From: Antedon mediterranea
Taxonomy: Eukaryota > Animalia > Echinodermata
Direction of reading: 5' to 3'
NCBI RefSeq assembly: GCF_964355755.1
Contig: NC_092672.1
Span: forward strand, 5,146,001-5,210,000
DNA: 64,000 nt
Part shown: in pieces, positions 1 to 11,278 of the stretch
Position numbering within the stretch: the stretch's first letter is position 1
Layout of the letters: each line of letters opens with the position of its first letter
Made by a program: the position numbers and the translations under genes
Notes under the pieces: generated by a model
Seen by the model: only the letters and a program-made list of their open reading frames with translations
Told to the model about the DNA's origin: nothing
The model's database searches: none

Positions 1-2217
1 AGGGAAGGGAAAATGAAAAAATTACAATTTGCAATTTGTTTAGTGGGGTCCGGACCTCTGTGATAAACACTCCCACCCATTCCAACTTACCCGCCTACTC
101 CCTCTCCCCCCAACTCACACAAGCTGCACCTAAAAATATTAATTAAAATGCAAGATAAACTGCATGATTGACTTATTTTTTCCAATTTTTTTTTAACATT
201 TTATTCTGCTGCTTTTCTAAAAAAAAATTTCCATGGAAGATTTATGGATGGGGTTGTTAAAAATATTCATTTTTATTATTTTAATGTTTTAATAACTAAA
301 ATAGTTTATGTGTAAACAGCACAATTTATGATTTAAATAGTTTTATTTATATAATTTACCATAAAATGTATTATAATCCTACCAAGTGTTTATGTCGTTG
401 AAAAGGATCTGTGACACCTGAGTATATTGACATTTGAAAAAACGATAAGTATAAAAATATTATTTATATTAGGCTTAATAAAGTTGAAAATTGGTTATTG
501 ACATTAACTATTTGATTCCTGGAGTATTTGGATAGGACAATCCGATCTAAGTATTTAATCTCGTACTTACTTGTAAATAAAATGCACACCTAAATATTTT
601 TAAATTTAGCAATATAATGCTATGACCTTTGACTATAGTAATACTGACCTTTGCCAGTGATATACAATATAGTTAGATCAAATGATATACAATCCAAAAG
701 CAAACTGCTGAAAAAAATTATGCTGCTGTGGTTATTTTTTTTTCTCAAGTTGGGACATGGGGCCAGTTTCTGTTGTAAACGCTATCTTTATGTTAAATTT
801 TCTTGTGTTAATGTTTGTAAAAATGGTGTTTTCTGTAGACTTCTTTAGATATTTTTCAATTCAAATGAGAAATGAAAAATTATATAAAAAATATTATTTT
901 TAGACTTACAACATTATCTGCTATATTTGTGTTCCCAAATAACCATTTAATTTAGTGGTTTCTGGTTGTTGACAAAAAACTCTATCGTTACCCAAAATTC
1001 AACGCAATCAGGCGGTCAAAAGGTCAAGATATCACAACTGTCAGCTAAAAGTTGCACAGCGAAAACCGTTATTTTCCAATGCCATTTAAACTAGTTATAT
1101 CAAATTTTTCAGCAACCAACAAATTTAGTAATTTTTTTGCAGCAAAAGCAGGACCCTGATGCACTCCGGTTCAGATGTAGTTTGCGATTTTTTCCAACTG
1201 TGATCGCAATCATAAATGATAGAACTTTAAATGGTTTTTAATAATGATGCTCGATTCAAATGAGGACAAAAGTCTTTATTTTATATACTGTAATTGTAAA
1301 AGTTCGTTTCTACACATGTACCAAAAATATATTTGTGTCACTTCTAGCGACCGGACAGGACAACAAACAAACAAACACAGATAAACCAACATTGGATGGA
1401 AATGTCATTTATTATGACGAATACTTAAACATGTATAATTGGTAAAACATAGATGACATTATTAACACAAATCATTAAAATTAGACCTGTCTAAGTTACA
1501 CAAAACTATTTTCCTACATACTTTGGAAAATTCTCTTTTTCTAACATTAACAGGTTAGGGAATAGTGAAATATTGTGATGTAAGGGAAAATAACTAACAA
1601 TTTAATTCATAGTTATTGGTTCAATATAATGTACTAAATAACAAAGTAAGAGAATTGGCCACTTGATCGTGTGATATTTGTTTTTGTTGATAAGTTGGCA
1701 GTTACTGGGATATCAACATAACCCAAGTTTGTACTGGAAAGGTCACAGGTGTCAGATAAAATGAGCTATCAAAATTGTATTGGGAAGGTTTTACACTACA
1801 CTTGACATGACGTTGACCTTGAATGGACTACTGTAGCATCTAACTGCCTGCTGCACACATAATATTTTAAAAGGAATGTTAACATGTTTTCATCGACAAC
1901 CACCCACTGATTGAAATGTTTTTTTTGGGAGCAGAAATTTAGCAGAAATGCAGTTTATATAAATATTACATTTTCAATATATCTTGAAATAAGGTTTACC
2001 CGGTGTAACATTCTCGGCATGGTACGGCAGAACAGCACTAGTCCTCAATTCTACGCACGCGCACCAGAGATCAAATTGAAACACCCTCATCTTTCAGTAT
2101 TTTATTCACGAAAAATACATCAGGAACAGAACATTAATTCTAAACCACCCGGTGATATACTGAAATTTATTCAATTAATTTCAAACAATAAAGATGAGGA
2201 AATCTGTGATAAAAGCT

Positions 2218-2221
<4 letters not shown>

Positions 2222-2251
<30 letters not shown>
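2222..2251. repeat. (AT)n microsatellite
   Basis: About 15 AT units, seen directly. Confidence 0.95.
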
Positions 2252-2253
<2 letters not shown>

Positions 2254-2345
2254 CTTAATGTGCTTTCCTCCTTAATTGCATTATTAATATCAAACACAGA
2301 CAAAGCAATTAAATCCAAGTTATAATATTGAATTTTAATACTTAC

Positions 2346-5300
2346 ATGGCCATATTTTTTTACTGCTTTAATCAATAAACTGGACACCAATTGAGTTGGG
2401 AATTCATTACACAAAATTCTGAAATAAAAACATTATCTTCCTAATTTTTGTAAATCATCTTCGCCAACCATCCGGTCAAACGAGTTGGAGCTGGAAAATG
2501 TATAGATTGTTTCACCGACCAATCAGGGCTTTTGGTTGATGACCGTTCTCTACACACAAAATGGCATTAGCGGGCAGCCTGAGTAATACTCAGAATGTAT
2601 CTATTTATTATTTATAGTGATTGACCTCTTGAATTAAAGACTGGTCTCCCAGAGGGCCAGGTTATATATGTCAGTGGCTGTGTGTACTAGTACACTGGAG
2701 TAATCCTCTACTCGTCTCGAAAGATGTAAAGTGCGCATTAGCCAGATGTGTACACTGGACCTACTATTTTTTTGGTCCTTATTCAAGAAGATTCGTTCTA
2801 CCACCAGAACCATGAAGCGAGTGAGCATAAAGCTATGGATTAAGGTTTCACTACCTTAACCGCTTGACCACTCACTCGCTCAATGTGATCTCTGTTATGT
2901 CCTAAACTTGAAATTTAAAGCGTTTGTTTAAACAAAGTTAGAAATTTTTGACTATTTATAATTATGTTTCTTTGTTAAGTTTATTTATCCATGTATTATG
3001 TTGCATATTTATATACAAGACATTAGTAATCTGTTATTTTTTTCAATTTTTAAATCAGTATCAGTATTAATTAATTTCCGAATTATTATCTTATTGTATA
3101 ACAATAATAAGATGTAGAAGTAATCAATAAGGTGCTAAACTAATTATAGGTCACAGACCTAGATATGACATAATATTTAAAATTAGGCATTGTACCATCT
3201 TGCTGGTTAGTTGAGCAATAAAGTAATGTGTATGCAGTATTTTTTAATAGAGATATGATATATAGCTCAGTTTTTACTGAGACAATTTACAAACAAAATA
3301 AAAAGTAATTGCTGTTGGATGCGTATCAAATAAAAAAAAAACCTGTATAAGGGAAACCATCCAAAAACAGAAATTTAAAAATTTAAAAGGTTCCATTATT
3401 TTGAATTTGTTAATTCCTTCATCTTTTTATTTCGGAGTACCATGATGACATAATAAATCCATAACAAAAAAGAAGCTTAATCTAAGAAAACAATTGTAAA
3501 GGAAATTAAAAAAAAAAAAGAATTGAGATAGTACTGATGGAAGTTAAATAGGGATAATATTCCATTCGTTAACAGCATAACAGCACTATTTAACATAACT
3601 CTGCCTTATGAAATATAACAGTCAATCAACCTATACACACACATAATTACTGTTTATATAACACCTAAATAAATTTCTATCATTTGATTGGACGATTGTG
3701 GGTCACACGGCGTTTAATAGTACTTTTTTCGTGTACGTGAATGTCTTATATTCGTGTAATAGTACAAATAATGCCATTTGGTGAATGATGAAAGGTTATA
3801 TAATATATAATATTACCATTCATCATTCACCTCATGCCATTATTTGTACCGTTGCACTCATAAACATTCATTATTTGTATAATACTACACGTTTTTGGAA
3901 AGACGATTAGAAGAATACTTATTTATAATTACCTATTTTTATAGAGAATACATCCAGACAGGACACCATGATGACGACGACAGTTTTGAAGTATATGACA
4001 TGACCTTAAGAATATACTTCCCATACTCTATAACAGTAAAATGAAAGGTTAAGGGTCAAACTTATAAAATGGATACCTCATTTTAAAGAAAAGCCTTATA
4101 TCTTTGTAATTATTTTAAGTTGATCACAGGCTTGTAGAAGAACACCTTTGTGGTGTTACAAGCTTTTCCGTGTAAAAATAAAGTATTTATTATATTATCA
4201 ATGTGTGCTTGACCTTAGTTGGCGGATCCCTGATTTTAAAATAGGGGTAATGCTTTATCTTTATAGTTATTATATAACAGAATTATAGTTTCTGATATTT
4301 ACGAGGAAATGGGCCAGATAAAACCTTCTTTATCTCCCGATGGACCTTCAATCAAGTAGTCTGTAATATTTATTTATTAATACAGTTAACTCTCCCAATA
4401 CCGGACACCTTTGGGCTGGCCTAATAATAAGTCTGGTTTTCCCGGAAAGTCTGGTATTCGGAATGTGTTTTTAATGGTAAAAATGAATTTGGAACCTTTT
4501 AAACCTCAAGAAACGTTTGGTTTTGGAAGAGTTGACTGTAGTTATATTAGATTCAGGTGTCTACAAGTAAATTTTTTAAATACTACTGACTGAGCAGTTT
4601 CTTATTTTGGTTTCTATGGCAATAATAATATTAATACCAAAAAGAGGGTAAGTTTGATTTTAGAATATTGTGTGCAGTGGAAATTCTCCCAATATATTGG
4701 ATAAACGAAAAAACTCTAGACAGAGATAGGAGAATAGAAAACATATTAATATCGGTCCGAAGATTCATGAATTATTAAGTGAAATAGTTGATGATGTATT
4801 TTTCAAAATATTTAGTTTTAAAAATTTATAAAAACCTCCCCATATTTCATTTTTCAAAGTTCGGAGGTTTGGTATTGTTGAGATTCAATAGACAAATTAC
4901 ATTTTAAAATTATAAAACATATTACCTTTGGAATATTTAAAGTTGGAATGGATTCAAACAATGATAAGACCGAGTTACCATGGCGATGAATGAAAGATAA
5001 ATAACATGACCATATATCTTTCATTGCACATAGAAAGAAATCTCTGTTCAGGGACTCCTGTAACAAACAACATTTTTATTCATTATAGTGTACAACAATT
5101 CATATGTATTGGTCCAATTCTTTATATCACATATACAGTAGGAAAAAGTACAGTTAAGTAATATGCACACAAATAAAATAGTTTGTATGATATAAATCCA
5201 AAGGCAAATTACTGAAAAAATCAGTGGCTGGATCTCAATGGAGATACAAAATAAAATAATGACAATGCTGTGGGTATCAGTGGCTGGATCTCAATGGAGA

Positions 5301-7598
5301 TACAAAATAAAATAATGACAATGCTGTGGGTATCAGTGGCTGGATCTCAATGAAGATACAAAATAAAATAATGACAATGCTGTGGGTATCAGTGGCTGGA
5401 TCTCAATGGAGATACAAAATAAAATAATGACAATGCTGTGGGTATCAGTGGCTGGATCTCAATGAAGATACAAAATAAAAAAGCGAAAACCTAAATCAAA
5501 ATATATATATATATATACATTTGTATATTTACTTTATCGTTTTGATTTCGCTTTTCGCTTTTTTTTTTGTATCTCCACTGAGATCCAGCCACTGATACCC
5601 ACAGCATTGTAATTTTTTCAGTAATTTGCCTTTGGATTGATATATATAAACACACAGGCACAGAACATTAATTCTAAACTGTTCGGTGATATACTTAAAT
5701 TTAATTAATTAATTTGAAAAGAAAAGAAGAAAATCTGTGAGAATGATAAAAAGTCGCCCCAACCGAGGTTCAAACTCGGAACCTTATGCTTGATACAATG
5801 ATATGCAGATGTCTTAACCATGGAGCTATAAAATTATAGCCCCATGCCTTAACCATTTGACCACTTCATACCTGCTGAATCTTGGTGATGGAGCCGTGGA
5901 ATAAAACAAACAGCCTATAGAGGGCAGCAAGTCTGCTTTTCAAAGTCTTGTTTTGTAATTTTAAACTGCCAGCTAAGGCCTACATCAAATAAATTATTTA
6001 AGTCATTAACCATGATTCTGTGAAATAGCCAATCAATCAAATAAAAAAATTTGCCCAAAGATCTTTCTACACTATCAAACTAGTTTGAAAAAAAGGAGTG
6101 TGATGTGTCTAGATGGTAGTGATATTACTACCATCTAGACACATCACACTCTTTTTTTCAAACTAGTTTGATAGTGTAGAAAGATCTTTGGGCAAAGACA
6201 GTTTGATAGTGTATTTTTTCATTCTGTTTTCTGTTCTGTAATTCACAGTACAAAGTTGTTTAGGACAAATTGAAAAGAAGGTAATTCATATAGAATTCAA
6301 TTTTGAGTATTTTAAAGATACATTGCTCCCAAAAACATGAAAAATATAGATTCAATAGAGAAAGTAATTCTCTTTTGCAAAAAAGTAGTGCTTTCGCTTA
6401 TATTATTAATTATACTCAAGAAAAAATAAATAGTTAAATTGAACCAAAATGCTACTGAATTCCATCCAAACAATGGGGCTACCGATTGAATATTTTTGTC
6501 TTTTTTCAGGTATTTTGTTTTCAAAGTTTAAATAAATATTTTGTGACTAGAAAATAATTTTTTTGGAAAATACAGACAAGATACAACACTTACAATAATA
6601 TAAACTCCTTCATAAGCGATAGCAAACTTGACGTTCTTCATTGTGATAACTGATGGTGGTGACTTTGAGATTGACCCAATGAAGGAGATTGCACCGACCA
6701 ACTGACCACTAAGCATACACTGCTGGTCAATAGACACCTGTGGTCATAATGAGGGGTCATCATTATTGACATTTGTGACTAAATAACAGACATACATCAA
6801 ATGAAGGTTTATTTATATTTTATAATAAACAATAATAGAAAATTGAAACCACTGCTAGCTACGTTGTTTATACGTACATTATCAGGACGAAAATAGACAA
6901 TGGCATCTTGCGGATCATCCTCCTCCTTCTTGTTGATTGACGTATCATACACAAAAAAGGTATTTTCACCAATACTTGAATGTGAAAATATTAAAACATT
7001 ATTAAGTAAAAAAAAATAATAAGTGCATACATACTATTACTAGTTACTACAGTGGAATGGAGAGAAAATTGTTCATGAGTTGTTTTCTACTTCCAAACTT
7101 TTGCAATCTACCGAGTTGTTTTTACTAGGCTCCAGACTAGTAGTATACCTAGCCTAGGCCTACTATTCTATTGAATTGGAAATGTGCATTTTTAGGCCTA
7201 GGCCTAATATAATATACTAAATAGACCCTATCGATCAAAAATATATAATTATAATAATTAAATAAGCCTAGAGGCCTAGGCCCTAGGCCTATTTTTAATT
7301 TTAAAAATTAACAACTTTAATTGAACAGAAAAAATATGAATTTAAAAAAATAGTTTGTAGGCCTAATATTATTATTAAAGAGTTTAAAATAGGTTAACCA
7401 AACAAACAACAACTATTTTGGTCTAAAAATATTTTCTAGGCCTAGGCAAGGTCTACGGAGTTCGAGAGCTGGAATGATGGTCGGCACCTTCGCCTTCCTG
7501 TCGAGTTCGAGTCTACCTTATCTAGCCTAGGGCCTAGGCCTACCAAATAATTCTCAAAATCGACATTGCAAATCACAAAACTTAACATACTTTGCCAT
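2346..7598 (-). CDS. HPS4: Hermansky-Pudlak syndrome 4 protein (BLOC-3 subunit), N-terminal longin region; partial, 3' exons probably lie left of the window
   Basis: Phase-consistent GT-AG exons 7598-7591, 6974-6878, 6737-6594, 5979-5872, 5057-4926, 4027-3933 and 2418-2346 translate to MANIGENTFFVYDTSINKKEEDDPQDAIVYFRPDNVSIDQQCMLSGQLVGAISFIGSISKSPPSVITMKNVKFAI...HILQNCRRHHGVLSGCILYK. This matches recalled human HPS4 (YFFLYDGSKVKEEGDP..ICYFYP..DQQELLCGQIAG..SPPTLVRLRKLKFAI..ILQTCQRSPHILAGCILYK). Confidence 0.9.
3650..3885. repeat. Unclassified interspersed repeat; other copies at about 10610-10845 and, inverted and partial, about 61920-61985
   Basis: The copies share TCATTTGATTGGACGATTGT..GGCG..AATAGTAC and TTCATCATTCACCTCATGCCATTATTTGTACC..CATTCATTATTTGTATAAT. 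Confidence 0.75.
4383..4538. mobile_element. Tc1/mariner-like MITE (TA|CAGT...ACTG|TA); relatives at about 11028-11245 and 54928-55103
   Basis: TIRs CAGTTAACTCTCC / GGAAGAGTTGACTG are flanked by TA. The internal AATACCGGACACCTTTG..GCTGGCC is shared with 54928-55103. Confidence 0.75.
5195..5638. mobile_element. Fold-back non-autonomous DNA element with an internal 56-bp tandem array; partial copy at about 34600-34715
   Basis: 26-bp TIRs AATCCAAAGGCAAATTACTGAAAAAA (5195-5220 and 5613-5638). The 56-bp units start at 5221, 5277, 5333, 5389 and 5445, with an inverted unit at about 5565-5610. Confidence 0.8.
5662..5865 (-). mobile_element. Degenerate tRNA-derived SINE
   Basis: The minus strand has A-box-like GTGGTCAAATGGTTAAG and B-box-like GAGTTTGAACC. 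The body at 5662-5740 is similar to 2127-2210, and a similar A box lies at about 2850-2870. Confidence 0.5.
6050..6196. mobile_element. Family-A MITE copy converted into a near-perfect palindrome
   Basis: Arms of about 70 bp (TTTGCCCAAAGATCTTTCTACACTATCAAACTAG...GATGGTAG and its reverse complement) surround a short loop. Confidence 0.85.
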
Positions 7599-7689
7599 TA
7601 AGAAGTTGCGGATCTATTGCATCTGTAACTGATTCATTTTATCTTATAAAAATATGTTTTAACACAAATTATAAACATTTTCATATCCA

Positions 7690-7880
7690 ACTTCGCCTCT
7701 TCTTTATCAAAAAACATCAGACTACGTGTACCACCTGATTGGTCATGTGATTGAACATGTTACAACCAAAACAAAAACAGATACCAGATACAGTGGTTGG
7801 TAGAGTGTGTGAGAGACAGTCAACACTCTTACTCCTCACACTTTCATGTTTTGTTGTAATAATCAGTTATAAATGGTAAT
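7690..7880. promoter_or_regulatory. Probable bidirectional promoter between HPS4 and MTRFR
   Basis: The start codons are head to head and only about 580 bp apart. A CCAAT box (ATTGG, 7738-7742) abuts an E-box/M-box TCATGTGA (7743-7750). Confidence 0.6.
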
Positions 7881-8177
7881 GTATTGAAATCAGAATGAAG
7901 ACATTGCTGGCAAAGATATACTGCATGAAATATTTCAATATGCAAGTAGGCCTAATTTAATAATAAAACAATATTATTATAAATAAGTAGTAAACTAAAC
8001 TTAAAAAGAGGCCAGCTTGATTGAGCTACAGTCAGTAGAGGTTGTACGTTCAATGACAAAAAATGCCTATATTATTATAATACCTTATCTGTTATATAGA
8101 AGAGGCTTTACTATAATAACAGATTTACGTAGACTTGATCTTTCAGAAACCATCTCTAGAAAATCAGGAAAATCGAA

Positions 8178-9480
8178 ATGATGAAGTTTATATACAAAAC
8201 CAACTTTGCACAACTGTTAAATACTGTCAAACTTACTGGTACTTTTTCCAAAAACCAATTTCAGAATTTGCAACCATGCAAAACCTTATGTTTGTGTAAG
8301 CAAGAATTCACTTCATTCTTTGAAAAAAGACCAGTTTCAGTTGGGCTATGTTTTCAAAAACGATTACAGAATTTAACTTGTATACAAACCTGGAGATGGA
8401 CTTCACTTGCTTTTAAATCATCCATGCAGAACAGACAACGAAGAAAAATAGAATATCCAGAATTAAACGAAGAGGATTTACAGGAAGAGTTTGTAAAAGG
8501 AAGTGGACCTGGTGGCCAGTCCACAAACAAAACTAATAATTGTGTCGTTCTTAAGCATAAACCAACAGGAATAGTAGTTAAGGTACCATACTAATTGTTA
8601 ATCCTATTTGAAGCATGCGCTGAGACCCAAAATTCTGGAAAGAATTCACTAGTCTGCAGTGGATGTCATACTCCCCACACTAAAAATTTTAATATAGACT
8701 TATACCGAATTCAACACAATAACTTTATATTGAAGACAATTCTCATAAAAATATAGTAGAGAACCCCTCCTTTCTTGGTTCCTTCTAGGAATGCAAAAAT
8801 GTGAGTAGTTTGACCAATCGCAACATAATGAATCATCTAAACTGTTGCTTCTGATTGGTCAACTTGCATTACATGTACGCCATCATGTTGCATCCAAATG
8901 GAACTAAGCTTCAGGACACCTCTATAAGGCCAATTTACACAGACGAGTGATAACAGTTGTGCTTGTCGCATGTACAATCTGTATCTATCCTGACCGGGTG
9001 TCCGCCCGTCCGCTCCGCGTTTTGTGTAAAATAAGAAATAAACACAGATTCTATATTTCTATTTTCCGCTTACCATTACCGCTGTGTAAATTGGCCTTTA
9101 TGGGAACACCCATGAATCAAAAGTGAAGAAATGGGTTTTAAAACACTATGACACATTTGGTTACATCTTGTTTTTCTCTAATAAACACTAATTTTTAACT
9201 AAAAAGAAGCTATTTCCACTTATAAAATGAATCTATTATTTTCCAGTGTCATCAGACGCGATCACAGCATGAAAACCAGAAAATCGCAAGGCGCTTACTA
9301 AAAGAAAAACTTGACGAGCGTTTAAATGGAGAGAATAGCCAACTGAATCAACTACACATGATGAAAGTTAAAAAACAAAATGAGAAGAAAAGAAGAACAA
9401 GGATTAAACTTGAACAATTAAAAGAATTTAAGAAGCAGTTTCAAGAAAGTGATGCATCTGAAATTGAAAATGACAAGTGA
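8178..9480 (+). CDS. MTRFR: Mitochondrial translation release factor in rescue (C12orf65), about 212 aa
   Basis: Exons 8178-8582 and 9247-9480 (phase 0). The protein has the RF-1 domain [40 protein letters not shown]|[18 protein letters not shown] with the GGQ motif, a basic C-terminal tail and an N-terminus resembling a transit peptide. Confidence 0.95.
8927..9097. mobile_element. PIF/Harbinger-type MITE family C (AGGCCAATTTACAC...GTGTAAATTGGCCT); other copies at about 20736-20878 and 40158-40349
   Basis: TIRs are visible. The 20.7 kb and 40.2 kb copies have TTA on both flanks. The internal ATCTGTATCTATCCTGA is shared. Confidence 0.75.
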
Positions 9481-11278
9481 AAGACTAATTGATGTTGACT
9501 GTTTATGTTTTCATACCATCCAACAGCAGGAAACTCGTCCATAACATAATAGATAAATTATTATTTATCGTGCTCATAAACATTTGAGGCTTTGAGAGCG
9601 GAGTAGAGGATGAGAATTAAACCTGTGTTCTCACATAATACAGGAAGTCTCCAGATAAAAACCACCCTTTGGATCCAAGGGGTTAGCAGATTTGAATAGT
9701 ACCTGTACAAATTAATGAGACAAAAATATTCATAAATAATTTTTAATGTCATACATGCCAACACCCGTTTTGACAATTCCACATTTTAGGTTTGTCTACC
9801 GGCCTCGTCATTGTGCTCCTTGTTTTCTCTATTTTTTCTCCTGAATTACAAAGATAACTGAAATCTGCAGTCTCTATCATACAAACCTCCTGGTTTCCAG
9901 AGACCCTATTTCATCATTTTCTTGAATCATTGTACATACTATTATTTTATTTGTGATTTGATGAATAAATGTATTTGTATTTTGCGGTCATAAATTATTG
10001 ATTGAGGATTGTCTCTCACATAGTTACCACACAGTATCAGTCTGCACTCTCTCACCTCTGCTCGATGATAGAGGGCAGTGTTGAGCGAAAAAACAACGAC
10101 TTTATCGGAGGTAAATACGGTAAACTTTGCGGTTTAACTTGTTCTGTCTTCAAACACGTTTGGTCTAAAGGTACATCAGATATAATCCTGACAGCTATCA
10201 GAGTTACATTGGAGTTTTAATAGATTAAATTGCAATCACAAGCACTTTTGTTGTTGGTTGTAACTCAGATATGATTTTAAAGATTAAAAAAAATATATGA
10301 TTATCAATTAGCACAAAAGTGTGAAATACAATTCATGGTAATTTCAAATTAAAATTTGCCTATGATTATTAAAAGTGTTATTAAATTATCACTTTTTAAT
10401 TATAATTATTTATATTTAATGTTAAAGCATAATTCTACTTTATTGAAAGATACGAAAATTATCAAACTAAAAAAATACATGATTAATAAAATATACAATA
10501 TTATAAAATATATACAGTTAAAAAACTTTTTTAATGCTACCTAAAACTGTCCAAGTCCTATATTTGAGTTTTATAATTATGTGTTTGGTTATACAATAAT
10601 AATAGTCTATTTTATATAAAACCATAAATTCCTGTCATTTGATTGGACGATTGTAGGTAAAATGGCGTGCAATAGTACGCACTACTGAACGGTATAAGCC
10701 TATCTTTTATTGAATCTGATGGCATTCGTTTTGATGAAAGGTTATATTTCATCATTCACCTCATGCCATTATTTGTACCATTACAATCATAACCATTCAT
10801 TATTTGGACCATTACACTCATAACCATTCATTATTTGTATAATATTATCCATAAGATAAAATGTTGTTACATACATTGTACAAAATTGTAATAAATGTTT
10901 GTAATACAAAATCCCTGAAAGTAGACTACACTAAAATGAACCACTTATTTTGACTACCATAAAGTCATAAAAAAGCTGTGATATGCAATCTATGTATGTT
11001 TGATCAAGATGAGATCTACAGTATTACAGTCCACTATCCCAATATCAGACACTCATGGGCTGGCCTAAAATGTCTGGTTTTCCAAAAATTCTGGTATTTA
11101 AATTTTTCTATTTATTTATTTATTCAATATATCATAATCGCAGCACAAGGCTGGATTAAAAAATTGTGTTTTTAATTGTAAAAAAGAATTTGCACCTCAA
11201 GAAAAGTCTGGTTTTGTGAGATTTGATGGTTTTCAGATATTGCAGAGTGCAGACCAAAACGATTGCAACTGTCCTAAA

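Noticed and set aside
1-2300. Further HPS4 exons and short ORFs (651-848, 1260-1445, 1911-2258)
   Set aside because: I found no recognisable HPS4 similarity with compatible splice sites, so the region is treated as intron with repeat remnants.
5221-5480. Regular direct repeats resembling a CRISPR array
   Set aside because: These are head-to-tail 56-bp units with no unique spacers, in a eukaryotic intron, inside a TIR element.
6900-8299. Apparent plus-strand upstream ORF (MASCGSSSSFLL...) that could splice into the MTRFR exon out of frame
   Set aside because: 6878-6974 is fully explained as a minus-strand HPS4 coding exon.
10068-10082. CTCF-like AGAGGGC(A/G) cores (also at about 11300, 36065 and 58883)
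   Set aside because: These are short partial matches, some inside coding sequence or repeats, and cannot be supported without ChIP data.
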